Assembly: GCA_963621575.1 (NCBI GenBank)
Contig: CAVFEH010000009.1
Location: 1,307-65,306, forward strand
DNA length: 64,000 nucleotides
Source of the DNA: Bacteroidaceae bacterium
GTDB taxonomy: Bacteria; Verrucomicrobiota; Lentisphaeria; Oligosphaerales; Oligosphaeraceae
Reading direction: 5' to 3'
Part shown: piece after piece, positions 1 through 8,075 of the stretch
Layout: each line of letters starts with the position of its first letter
How positions within the stretch are numbered: the first letter of the stretch is position 1
Notes under the pieces: generated by a model
Databases searched by the model: none
The model's input: only the letters and a program-made list of their open reading frames with translations
Told to the model about the DNA's origin: nothing
Program-made: the position numbers and the translations under genes

Positions 1-690
1 TGTCACCAAAATCAAAATCAATGTTCTCCCCGTATAAGAAGACTGCCTCTGGTTTGATTTGCCGCAGTGCTTCTAGTGCTCCTTCTTTCCACAGTTTCAT
101 GGAGATACTGTTTGACAGCACTCCCATGGTTGACATTGCAATCGCACTTCCTACAGGGATTCCCAGGAAACAGAATGCAAACGATTTTCTGTCACGCCAT
201 TGAACAACTGGAATCGCATTCACGCCATTTGCCTGGAGCTCCTGGGTGAAAAGACGATTCATATAGACATTGTAGCGAACAATGGGGAGACGTAACTCCT
301 GATAAGTGCTCAGGTCGAGTGATAACACGCTACACCATTGACTCAAGATGGGGATGTAATTTTCTGGATGTCTGATAAAACGCATCATTACGTCATCGTC
401 CACGAAAAAATGTCCACCGCATTTAGGTGATAAATGCTGTTTCACCTGGTGAAATGGCCATACAACTTCCGGGACAACAAGCGCTGGCTTTTTCACCATT
501 GGAATTTCCTCGTCGTTATCCGTATATCCAGGGTTTCCTACATCAAGATGATACATGGAAATGTATTTCCTGACCCTGGGTGTGTAAAGTCGATTAATAT
601 CCCGATTAAGGAATGGGGTAGTCAGAAAAGCCCCTTGTAACCCTGGAAGAAGCTCGTCTGGATGAATGAGTTGTAATTGGTGAATGTTCA
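1..690 (-). CDS. DUF4417-like protein, partial (about the first 230 aa; the C-terminus runs off the left edge of the window)
   Basis: This ORF is absent from the track because no stop codon lies in the window. My own reverse-strand translation from the ATG at 688-690 is open all the way to position 1: MNIHQLQLIHPDELLPGL...CGGHFFVDDDVMMRFIRHPENYIPILSQWCSVLSLDLSTY...NGVNAIPVVQWRDRKSFAFCFLGIPVGSAIAMST. This resembles the DUF4417 family, which is typical of phage and mobile DNA. Codon usage is AT-rich, unlike the rest of the window. Confidence 0.65.
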
Positions 691-826
691 TAAAAAAAAC
701 TCCCATGCTGAAAGAGTGATCCTTCGCCGATTTTCGGCAAAAAAAAACTTGGATTTCAGCAAGGAGGCATTAAATTAACCAGAGGTTCCAAAGGTCTGGT
801 GCTTTAAATGCGTCCATGCCTGCCTT

Positions 827-865
827 GGCATCTGGAAACTGCAATTTCCAGATGCCTTTTTTCTT
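827..865 (+). terminator. Strong intrinsic terminator on the + strand with no annotated + strand gene upstream
   Basis: A perfect 12-bp stem pairs GGCATCTGGAAA (827-838) with TTTCCAGATGCC (845-856) around a 6-nt loop. It is followed directly by TTTTTTCTT (857-865). Read on the - strand, no U-tract follows the hairpin. Confidence 0.6.
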
Positions 866-897
866 CGAGTTGACTATTGCGCATTCTTGTCCCTCCC

Positions 898-1455
898 CTA
901 TTTTCTAAAAATACCAAGTGTACGCCTAGCCGCCGCTGGGGTAACTCCAAAGCGTTCAACTATTTCTTCGGCAGTTATTCCTTCCTGCAATCGGTAACGA
1001 GGGATTAGTAATTCACACGCGAACGCATCTGCCTGCCATTCGGAATCCTCGAATGGTCTTGGCTTGGTGTTGTTTTTCCTCGCAAGACTGGCCAATTGAT
1101 TTCGATGGAGTATGTGATGCGCAAATTCATGGACGATTGTCCAACGGGCAAATCCATCCCCCTTGCAGGCCATGTCATAGAACGTTTCCTTTATGACGAC
1201 ACAATGAAGCTCCGGCACATAACTTGCGAAAGTGTCTTTCGGCAAATCCGGCTTCTCGCAGATGAAGAACTCGAAATCATCAAGCAATGCCTGAAGCACC
1301 TCAAGCAAACGAGGAACTGGTAGGTAATCCACTTCCTCAAGTTTCAACCAGCGGCGTATTTTCTGCGCCAATTCCCGCAATTCAACTCGTGAGACAGGCG
1401 TAACCTGGACGCCATATGCAAATTTCCTAGTTTTGCTTTTCATTCGTGTCCTCAA
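898..1455 (-). CDS. ImmA/IrrE-family zinc metallopeptidase (COG2856-like)
   Basis: 185-aa ORF with the HEXXH motif in WTIVHEFAHHILH and a downstream E/D-rich helix (SEWQADAFACELLIP) typical of ImmA/IrrE. It overlaps the upstream XRE gene by 29 nt. AT-rich. Confidence 0.85.
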   Translation of the reverse strand: MRTRMKSKTRKFAYGVQVTPVSRVELRELAQKIRRWLKLEEVDYLPVPRLLEVLQALLDDFEFFICEKPDLPKDTFASYVPELHCVVIKETFYDMACKGDGFARWTIVHEFAHHILHRNQLASLARKNNTKPRPFEDSEWQADAFACELLIPRYRLQEGITAEEIVERFGVTPAAARRTLGIFRK

Positions 1456-1873
1456 TCCTCCTGGTAAGAAACTCCATCAGTTTAGAAGATTCCTCGTCAT
1501 TCAATGTTTGCATCTTCCTGGCAAAAGCCAGAAGCATTTCACGTGAATTCTGGCTTAACCCCTGCAACCCAATCTCAACTTTATCCTTGGCGAGGGATAT
1601 GGCATCATCAAATTCAGCGCACTGTTCGGGAGACAGCGAGTACACCTCACAAAGTTTGTCGCGGAACTCTTTGGTCACTTGGCGCTTGCCCAGTTCAAGA
1701 GCAGATATGAACGCTGTAGAACAGTTCATCTTCTGAGCCATATCATATAGTATTTCTCCTTTATCAATTCTGAGTTTCCGTAGAAACCTTCCGACTTCAT
1801 TGGCAAGTTTTCCCATTGCAGCTAACTCCTCTTGCTGGCATTTTTCCTTGTAAAAATGATTGATGTATTGCAA
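1427..1873 (-). CDS. XRE-family helix-turn-helix transcriptional regulator (the start may be the internal ATG at 1816)
   Basis: GRFLRKLRIDKGEILYDMAQKMNCSTAFISALELGKRQV is a classic Cro/C1-type HTH_3 segment. The gene sits immediately upstream of, and overlaps, the ImmA-like protease gene. Confidence 0.85.
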   Translation of the reverse strand: MQYINHFYKEKCQQEELAAMGKLANEVGRFLRKLRIDKGEILYDMAQKMNCSTAFISALELGKRQVTKEFRDKLCEVYSLSPEQCAEFDDAISLAKDKVEIGLQGLSQNSREMLLAFARKMQTLNDEESSKLMEFLTRRIEDTNEKQN

Positions 1874-2469
1874 CTCTGGAAGACGTTGACCTTATTATAA
1901 TCACATTTGTAGATTTGTCAAATCAATTTTGTTTATAATTTCAACAGATATGTTGATCCCCCCCTTTTTGTTTGTCCTCAAAATGATGTCGCCTGGATAT
2001 TATGCTTGGTTCCGCGCCTCTTTCAAAGCGCCGCCATTATGTGACCACTACCTTGTGGTCGGCGAGTTCGCACAATGCGAGTGGTTACCATTTCATAGAA
2101 TGTAATCCGCGGCGTCTGTTCAAATTCGCCAGGGGAGTTTTGTCCAACAGGACGATATGGCAACCTCAGTTTGAGGAGGAAAACACCGGTAAGAGGCTAT
2201 GTTATGGCAGTTGACACGGCGGGTTGCACAGCCTCTTGGCTTCTATGAGACCGGCAACCAAATGCAGTCAAAAAAAAGCAGAGACGGGGGGGGCAAAGAA
2301 AACGGCTCCACCAGTTCCAAAATGCAGGCCGTAGACGAGACCACAGTCTCAGAGGTCTGCTTCTTGCCAGCCGTAAGTTGTCGTGGAATCAGCGACTTAC
2401 GGCCTTTTTTCTATGGGACCTTGCCTTAGTTCTTTTGCTTTTTTGGGGGATATTCATGAGGAAAAAGCC

Positions 2470-3813
2470 ATGAAGAGCACCATTCAGCTATCGGACCACT
2501 TCAATTATTGGCGTCTGCTGCGGTTTACGCTGCCGGCCATGGGGATGATGTTGTGCACGTCGGTGTACAGCATTGTGGACGGCTATTTCGTGTCGAATTT
2601 CGCGGGGAAGACGCCTTTTGCGGCGATCAACCTGATCATGCCGTTCCTGATGATTCTGTCCACGGTGGGCTTCATGATGGGCACCGGCGGATCGGCCATT
2701 GTGGCGAAGACCTTCGGCGAGGGTGACAAGGAGCGCGCAAACCGGTATTTTTCGCTCTTTGTGTACACCACGGTGGCCTTGGGCGTGTTTTTCTCGGCGC
2801 TGGGGATTGTCTTTGCGCGTCCTCTGGCCATGCGTCTGGGCGCGGAGGGGGAGCTGTTGCGGAACGCCGTGCTCTACGCGCGCATCATTCTGCTTGCATT
2901 GCCCTTCAATGTCCTGCAATTTCTCTTCCAGTCCTTCTATGTGACGGCGGAGCGTCCGCAGCTGGGCCTTTGGGTGACGATTGCCTCGGGGCTGACCAAT
3001 GTCGTGCTGGACGCGGTCTTGGTGATTCTTCTTCCGCAGGAATACAAGCTGGCGGGCGCGGCGGTCGCCACGGCGTTGAGCCAGCTGGTGGGCGGCCTGG
3101 CGCCGGTCCTCTACTTCGCCCGTCGGGACAACGGCAGCATCCTGCGCATCGGGCGGGCGCATTTTGATTGCGTGGCCATCTTCAAGGCGTGCACCAACGG
3201 CTCCTCGGAGTTCATGACGAACATCTCCATGAGCCTGGTGGGGATGCTCTACAACATCCAGCTCATGAGACATGCCGGCGAGGACGGCCTGGCCGCCTAC
3301 GGCGTCATGATGTACGTCAGCATGATCTTCTGCTCCATCTTCGTGGGATACACCGTGGGCGTGGCCCCCGTGGTGGGATATCACGACGGCGCCCGGAACC
3401 ACGCCGAGCTGCGGGGGCTCCTGCGCAAGAGCGTCCGTTTGATCGGGAGCTTCGGCCTCGCCATGACGCTTTCCGCCGAACTGCTGGCCAGGCCTCTGGC
3501 GATGATTTTCGTGAGCTACGATGCGGAGCTGCTCGCCATGACAGTCTCCGGCTTCCGTGTCTTCTCCCTGGCTTTCTTCTTCACGGGCTTCGCAATCTTC
3601 TCCTCTGGTTTCTTCACCGCCCTCAATGACGGCGTGACCTCCGCCATCATTTCCTTTTTAAGGACGCTGGTCTGCGAGGCGGCCGCCATCCTGGTGCTTC
3701 CGGCGCTGATGGGGCTCCGGGGGATCTGGCTCTCCTTTGTGACCGCCGAGGTCATGGCGGTGGTCTTCGCCCTCTTTTTCCTGGTTGTCAAACGGAAGAG
3801 GTACCACTACTGA
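2470..3813 (+). CDS. MATE-family multidrug/toxin efflux transporter
   Basis: MKSTIQLSDHFNYWRLLRFTLPAMGMMLCTSVYSIVDGYFVSNFAGKTPFAAINL is a typical MATE N-terminus, and about 12 hydrophobic segments follow. The track ORF starts at 2383; I prefer the ATG at 2470. Confidence 0.88.
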   Translation: MKSTIQLSDHFNYWRLLRFTLPAMGMMLCTSVYSIVDGYFVSNFAGKTPFAAINLIMPFLMILSTVGFMMGTGGSAIVAKTFGEGDKERANRYFSLFVYTTVALGVFFSALGIVFARPLAMRLGAEGELLRNAVLYARIILLALPFNVLQFLFQSFYVTAERPQLGLWVTIASGLTNVVLDAVLVILLPQEYKLAGAAVATALSQLVGGLAPVLYFARRDNGSILRIGRAHFDCVAIFKACTNGSSEFMTNISMSLVGMLYNIQLMRHAGEDGLAAYGVMMYVSMIFCSIFVGYTVGVAPVVGYHDGARNHAELRGLLRKSVRLIGSFGLAMTLSAELLARPLAMIFVSYDAELLAMTVSGFRVFSLAFFFTGFAIFSSGFFTALNDGVTSAIISFLRTLVCEAAAILVLPALMGLRGIWLSFVTAEVMAVVFALFFLVVKRKRYHY

Positions 3814-3928
3814 ACGCCGCGGGCCTGACGCCTCCCGGGCCAAAAGAAAGACCCCGGGTCCCTCCGATGCTTTCCCGGAGGGGCGCGGGGCCTTTTCTGC
3901 ATTGGGATGGAGCGTCTGTCCTGCGGCG

Positions 3929-6037
3929 CTATGCGGTCGGGAGTCCGGGACGGACTCTTCCGAAGAGATTCCCGAATTTCTTCAGGTTGAGGGATTCCAC
4001 GAAGGAGATGATCTTTGTGCTGGTGGAGCAGGGGTCGATGGAGGCATCCATGCAGTCGCCTTCCAGGGTGAGGAGGGGGAGCCCGATCTTCTCCAGCCCC
4101 TCGCGGAGCCACTTGGTGAAGGGCCTGTCAGCCATGCTGCAGCGTCCGAAGCCGTGGGTGTAGAGGACGCATCCGGTGAACTTTGCGATTTTTGCGATCT
4201 TGGTGACGTAGTCCACGCGCTGCCGGGGATTGAGGAATCCGGAGGCGAGCATCTTCCGGGCCAGGGACCGGATGGGGTCGGCCAGGTCCAGGGGCTTCCA
4301 GCCCACGAAGTTTGTCTCTTCGAAGACGATGGGGGCGTTGCAGGTGTCCTCCAGAAGGTTCAGGTAGTCGGAGTTGTAGAAGGGTGGCAGGTGGAGCCAG
4401 AGGAGTCGGTGGGTGTCGTCAAGGGAGTAGCGCTTTTCGGCCCATTCCTTCTTTTTGAGGAGCTCCTCGTAGTAGCACTTCTGGATGTCCACCAGCTTCT
4501 TCGTCCCCCAGAGTTGGCTGAAGATGACGGAGTTGTAGATGGCCTGCGCCCCCCGGATGAGGGGCGGAGAGGTCCAGCGGAGCTCGTTGCTCTTGCGGCT
4601 GTAGTCCGCGGCCTCGTTGGAGAGCTGGCAGCACTCCTGGAGGCGCGCGGGGTCCATCTTGCGCCCCATGGCCTTCTCCATGCGGTGGATGGCCTCGTCG
4701 AGGCCCTCGGCGATCTGCTCCACCGCCAGGGGGTCGTCCTTTCCGGTGACGGGGGTCTGGAGGGAGTAGAAGTTCTCCTCGAAATGGTATTCCTCGGCCA
4801 AGTCGGCGAAGATGCGTTCGCCCTGCTGGCAAGGCTGGCTGGTGGAGACGGCGAAGACGGGCGGCTCGTGCTTCATGCCCTCCAGGATCCGGAGGAAGGA
4901 GCAGGTCTGCTGGTCGAAGCCCTTCCGTGCGGCGGCGTCCAGGGCGGCCTTCACGTGCTTCACGCTGCGCCCAAAGAGCGCGGCGTAGGTCTCCAGGGTC
5001 TTGATGCGGGCCCCCAGCGCGTGGAGGATTTCCGTGGGGAAGAAGAGGTTCCGCCAGACCAGGGGCTTGCTCTTGTCGCGGGAGAGGAAGTCCTGGCGGG
5101 TGCATTGCACGCGCATGGCGGCGGAGGCCTGGGGGGTGGGCTCGTAGACGTACTTTTCGCGCATGAGGCGTCCCTGGAGGGACTGGAATTGCCGCGCCAG
5201 GATGGCGGCGCCCAGGGCCCCCATGACCTCGTGGTATTGGGGGACGTAGATGGTGGAGCCGGTGATCTCCTCCATGAACCGCGCCACGGCGTGGTTGGAG
5301 GCCACGCCGCCCTGGAACTGGATCACCTTTCCCGGGTGGTGGAGCAGGAGCTGTCCCACGCCGTTGAGGATGGAGCGGGCCTGTGCGCGGCAGGCGCCGG
5401 CCAGCAGGTCTCCCAGGGGGATGCGGTTCTTGAACTTGTTGACGGAGGTGGCGGAGAGGACGGCGCAGACGGAGCTGAATTCGGCGGTGGAGTTGTAGTT
5501 CACGCGGTCGGCGATCTCTTCCACGGGGAGTCCCAGCCGGGCGGCCACACTGTCCAGGTAGCTGCCGGTGCCGGCGGCGCAGACGCCGGACATGAGGGAG
5601 ACCCACATGCCCATCTTCTCGTTGTAGATCATGCACTTGCTGTCCTGTCCGCCGCAGTCGATGATGGCATCGACCTTGGGGTTGAGGTGTTTGGCGCCGG
5701 CCACGTGTGCGGAGACCTCGCTGACCTGGAAATCGAAGGGGATGAAGCGCCTGGTGTCCTCCACGATCTGGCTTCCGGTGACCACGGTGCAGGTGATTTG
5801 CTCCAGGGAGAGCCCCTCCGGCGCCAGGAACTCCTCCGCCATCTTGCGGAGGGCGCCCATGTTGCAGCGCCCGCAGGCGTTGCATTTTCCGGTGCACGCG
5901 ATGGTGCCCGTCTCCACCGGGCGGGTGCGCTGGTAGGTGGATTGGATGACGTTCGCATCCTCGTCCAGAAGCACTGCCTTGAAGGTGGTGGAACCGATGT
6001 CGATTCCGAGATAGTATGATGTCTTGCTTTTTTCCAT
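3929..6037 (-). CDS. Fusion of a BcrAD/BadFG-type ATPase (2-hydroxyacyl-CoA dehydratase activase-like) with a 2-hydroxyacyl-CoA dehydratase (HgdB/D-component-like) domain
   Basis: The N-terminal half carries acetate/sugar-kinase-fold motifs: YYLGIDIGSTTFKAV, IIDCGGQDSK, CAAGTGSYLD and QGGVASN. The C-terminal ~370 aa resembles the HGD-D / 2-hydroxyglutaryl-CoA dehydratase family. I chose the start at MEKSKTSYY (6037); the upstream part of the 743-aa track ORF overlaps recF and looks non-coding. Confidence 0.75.
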   Translation of the reverse strand: MEKSKTSYYLGIDIGSTTFKAVLLDEDANVIQSTYQRTRPVETGTIACTGKCNACGRCNMGALRKMAEEFLAPEGLSLEQITCTVVTGSQIVEDTRRFIPFDFQVSEVSAHVAGAKHLNPKVDAIIDCGGQDSKCMIYNEKMGMWVSLMSGVCAAGTGSYLDSVAARLGLPVEEIADRVNYNSTAEFSSVCAVLSATSVNKFKNRIPLGDLLAGACRAQARSILNGVGQLLLHHPGKVIQFQGGVASNHAVARFMEEITGSTIYVPQYHEVMGALGAAILARQFQSLQGRLMREKYVYEPTPQASAAMRVQCTRQDFLSRDKSKPLVWRNLFFPTEILHALGARIKTLETYAALFGRSVKHVKAALDAAARKGFDQQTCSFLRILEGMKHEPPVFAVSTSQPCQQGERIFADLAEEYHFEENFYSLQTPVTGKDDPLAVEQIAEGLDEAIHRMEKAMGRKMDPARLQECCQLSNEAADYSRKSNELRWTSPPLIRGAQAIYNSVIFSQLWGTKKLVDIQKCYYEELLKKKEWAEKRYSLDDTHRLLWLHLPPFYNSDYLNLLEDTCNAPIVFEETNFVGWKPLDLADPIRSLARKMLASGFLNPRQRVDYVTKIAKIAKFTGCVLYTHGFGRCSMADRPFTKWLREGLEKIGLPLLTLEGDCMDASIDPCSTSTKIISFVESLNLKKFGNLFGRVRPGLPTA

Positions 6038-6143
6038 GGAATGTCTGTCGCGCGGGAAATTTGGGACGGGCGCTAATATAGCCTCCGCAGGAGGAGGCAG
6101 GCTGACAGGACATGGCAGCGCCGCGGGGGCGTGCTGCGGGGTG

Positions 6144-7253
6144 TCAGCCGGGGCGGACATTGCCGCGGTCCACGTGGAAGAGTGCTGTTTTTCCCCTGGG
6201 GAATTCCGGGGGGAGGGCGGTTCCGGCGAAGAGGATCTGTCCGGCGTCTGCGATGCGTTGGAGGAAGGCCTTCCGGCGGGTGGCGTCCAGTTCCCCGAGG
6301 ACGTCGTCCACCAGGATTGTGAGGCTTTCGCCGCCGTGTTTTTTGCGGAGGAGCTTCATCATGGCCAGGCGGAGGGCCAGTGCGGCGGCGCGGCACTCAC
6401 CTTCGGAGCCGAAGGAGGTGAGGTTCCGTTTTTGGAGGAGGCACGCCAGGTCGCCGCGCTGGGGGCCGTGCCGGGTGCATCCCTCCCGGATGTCCCGCTC
6501 AAAGGACTCCTGGAGGCTCTTTGTGTAGAGTTCCTGGATCTCTTCCACGGATTCGGGGGGCTTTTCCATGAGCCGTCCGATCCCGGAGAGGTAGGAGCAG
6601 GCAAGGACGCGCCCGTCGGGAAAGAATTCGGCGGAGGCCTCCCGGAGTGCCTGGTCCAGCGCTTCGCCCAGTGCGCGCCGCCGGCACTCTATCTTCGCGC
6701 CGGTCTCCACCAGAAGCGGATCGAAGGCGGTGATGACCTCCCGGGGGTAGCGGTCGGGAGTGCGCAACATGGCGTTCCGGCTTTTGACGGCCTCGTGGAA
6801 TTGCTGGCAGATGCGCAGGTAGCCGGGTTCCAGCTGGCACAGCGCGATGTCCAGAAAACGCCGCCGGACGCTTGGCATGCCCTTGACGAGGGAGAGGTCC
6901 TCGGGCAGGAAGGGCGCGCAGTAGAAGCGTGAGATGAAGTCGCTGGACCTGCGGACCGGGGAGCCGTCCACCACCAGGGAGCGCTCCGCGCCTTGCCGTA
7001 CGCCCAGCCGCACCGTGTCGCCGGTGGCGGTTTCGACCTCGCCGTAGATGAGGAATCCGCCGGTGCCGTCCATGCAGAGGACATTGTTCTTGGTGGTTCG
7101 GAAGGAGCGCAGGAGGGAGAGAAAGTAAACCGCCTCCAGAAGGTTTGTCTTGCCCTGCCCGTTGGCTCCGATGAAGGCGTTCACCCCCGGCGAGAGCGAA
7201 AGCTCCAGCTTCTGGTAGTTTCGGAAATGTTCCAGTCGCAGGCGGCGGAGCAT
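6144..7253 (-). CDS. recF: DNA replication and repair protein RecF
   Basis: MLRRLRLEHFRNYQKLELSLSPGVNAFIGANGQGKTNLLEAVYFLSLLRSFRT contains the Walker A motif GANGQGKTN. An SMC-like signature and Walker B (LTILVDDV) occur near the C-terminus. Confidence 0.9.
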   Translation of the reverse strand: MLRRLRLEHFRNYQKLELSLSPGVNAFIGANGQGKTNLLEAVYFLSLLRSFRTTKNNVLCMDGTGGFLIYGEVETATGDTVRLGVRQGAERSLVVDGSPVRRSSDFISRFYCAPFLPEDLSLVKGMPSVRRRFLDIALCQLEPGYLRICQQFHEAVKSRNAMLRTPDRYPREVITAFDPLLVETGAKIECRRRALGEALDQALREASAEFFPDGRVLACSYLSGIGRLMEKPPESVEEIQELYTKSLQESFERDIREGCTRHGPQRGDLACLLQKRNLTSFGSEGECRAAALALRLAMMKLLRKKHGGESLTILVDDVLGELDATRRKAFLQRIADAGQILFAGTALPPEFPRGKTALFHVDRGNVRPG

Positions 7254-7259
7254 GGCGTT

Positions 7260-8075
7260 CTAGGGGGTGTTCGCGGGTGGCAGGAGTTCCTCGGGGGTGA
7301 CGAGGGGGATGCCGAAGTAGTTTGCCATGCCGACCAGCTGGTCGCCATTGCCCCAGACATCCCCGGGGCGGTGTGCGTCGGAGGAGACAATGCCCCGGAC
7401 GGGGTGCTGTGCGGCGATTTCCCAGAAGCGTGTGGAGGTGTAGGGACGCCGCAGGATGCCGGCTGCGTCGGGGCGGATGCTCTTGCGCACCCCCAGGGCA
7501 TTGAATTCCAGCGGAGTGTTGGTGTCCACGGCGGCCTGGATGATGATCCGGGAGGCCTCCTCTGCGTTGGCATCCCAGGGGCCCCGCCCTACCAGGAAGA
7601 GGTCCGGATGCGCCAGAAAACGGTAGAGGCGGGTCTCCAGGGCCTTCACGGTGAAGCGCGCGAAGTCCAGATAGGCCTTGCTGTCCCTGGTGCGCCAGGG
7701 GGAGAGCCATTCGCCTTGGGCGTTGAGGAAGTCGTGGACTCCCAGAACCAGGTATTCGCAGCGTCCGGGGGTGTCCAGGAAGACGTCTTTGGCGAAGCTG
7801 CCCAGGTCGGGCCGGTATTCGCATTCCAGTCCGCGGTGGATGGCGAGCTGGGGGAACTCCTTTTGTGCCTGGCGGATTTCGTCGAAGTAGGTGTCCAGCT
7901 CCTCCAGCGGCATGCGGATGTCGACGTCGCCCCAGAGGTTGTCGGGCCAGGGGGTGTGGTCGGAGAATCCCAGGACGGAGACGCCCTGTGCCAGGGCCTC
8001 CCGGGCGTAGTCCGACGGTGTACCGGTGGCGTGTCTGCAGTGGTAGGTGTGGGTGTGGAAATTAGCGTGTCCCAT
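7260..8075 (-). CDS. PHP-family histidinol-phosphatase (HisJ/HisK-like)
   Basis: MGHANFHTHTYHCRHATGTPSDYAREALAQGVSVLGFSDHTPWPDN shows the HxH metal motif and PHP-domain layout. The start is trimmed to the ATG at 8075 and overlaps the cimA stop by 14 nt. Confidence 0.8.
   Translation of the reverse strand: MGHANFHTHTYHCRHATGTPSDYAREALAQGVSVLGFSDHTPWPDNLWGDVDIRMPLEELDTYFDEIRQAQKEFPQLAIHRGLECEYRPDLGSFAKDVFLDTPGRCEYLVLGVHDFLNAQGEWLSPWRTRDSKAYLDFARFTVKALETRLYRFLAHPDLFLVGRGPWDANAEEASRIIIQAAVDTNTPLEFNALGVRKSIRPDAAGILRRPYTSTRFWEIAAQHPVRGIVSSDAHRPGDVWGNGDQLVGMANYFGIPLVTPEELLPPANTP

Larger units (their letters stand above)
1..1950. mobile_element. Right-hand end of a low-GC, horizontally acquired element (prophage/ICE-like remnant); the exact boundary is unresolved
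   Basis: Composition is visibly AT-rich up to about 1.95 kb, transitional from 2.0 to 2.4 kb, and strongly GC-rich for the remaining ~61 kb. The gene content (DUF4417, ImmA/IrrE protease, XRE repressor) is typical of mobile-element regulatory modules. No integrase or att repeat is visible inside the window. Confidence 0.5.

Noticed and set aside
744-766. The hairpin GCCGATTTTCGGC followed by A9, considered as a terminator for the ImmA gene.
   Set aside because: The stem is only 5 bp. On the - strand the T-run precedes rather than follows the hairpin, and on the + strand an A-run follows it, so it fits neither orientation.
2025-2190. A reverse-strand frame reads ...LKLRLPYRPVGQNSPGEFEQTPRITFYEM..., faintly like the C-terminal RPHxxLGxxSPxEF motif of DDE (rve) transposases. 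It could be an IS remnant at the island edge.
   Set aside because: The open frame is only about 60 codons, bounded by a stop just upstream. The key His/Leu positions do not match, and no catalytic DDE region or inverted repeats are visible. It is worth a tBLASTx check but is not reportable as a feature.
2303-2313. CGGCTCCACCA, which looks like the 3' acceptor end of a tRNA or tmRNA near the island boundary (a possible att remnant).
   Set aside because: No T-arm (GGTTCRANYCC-type) or other cloverleaf elements can be folded from the preceding 70-80 nt on either strand. An 11-nt resemblance is not evidence.
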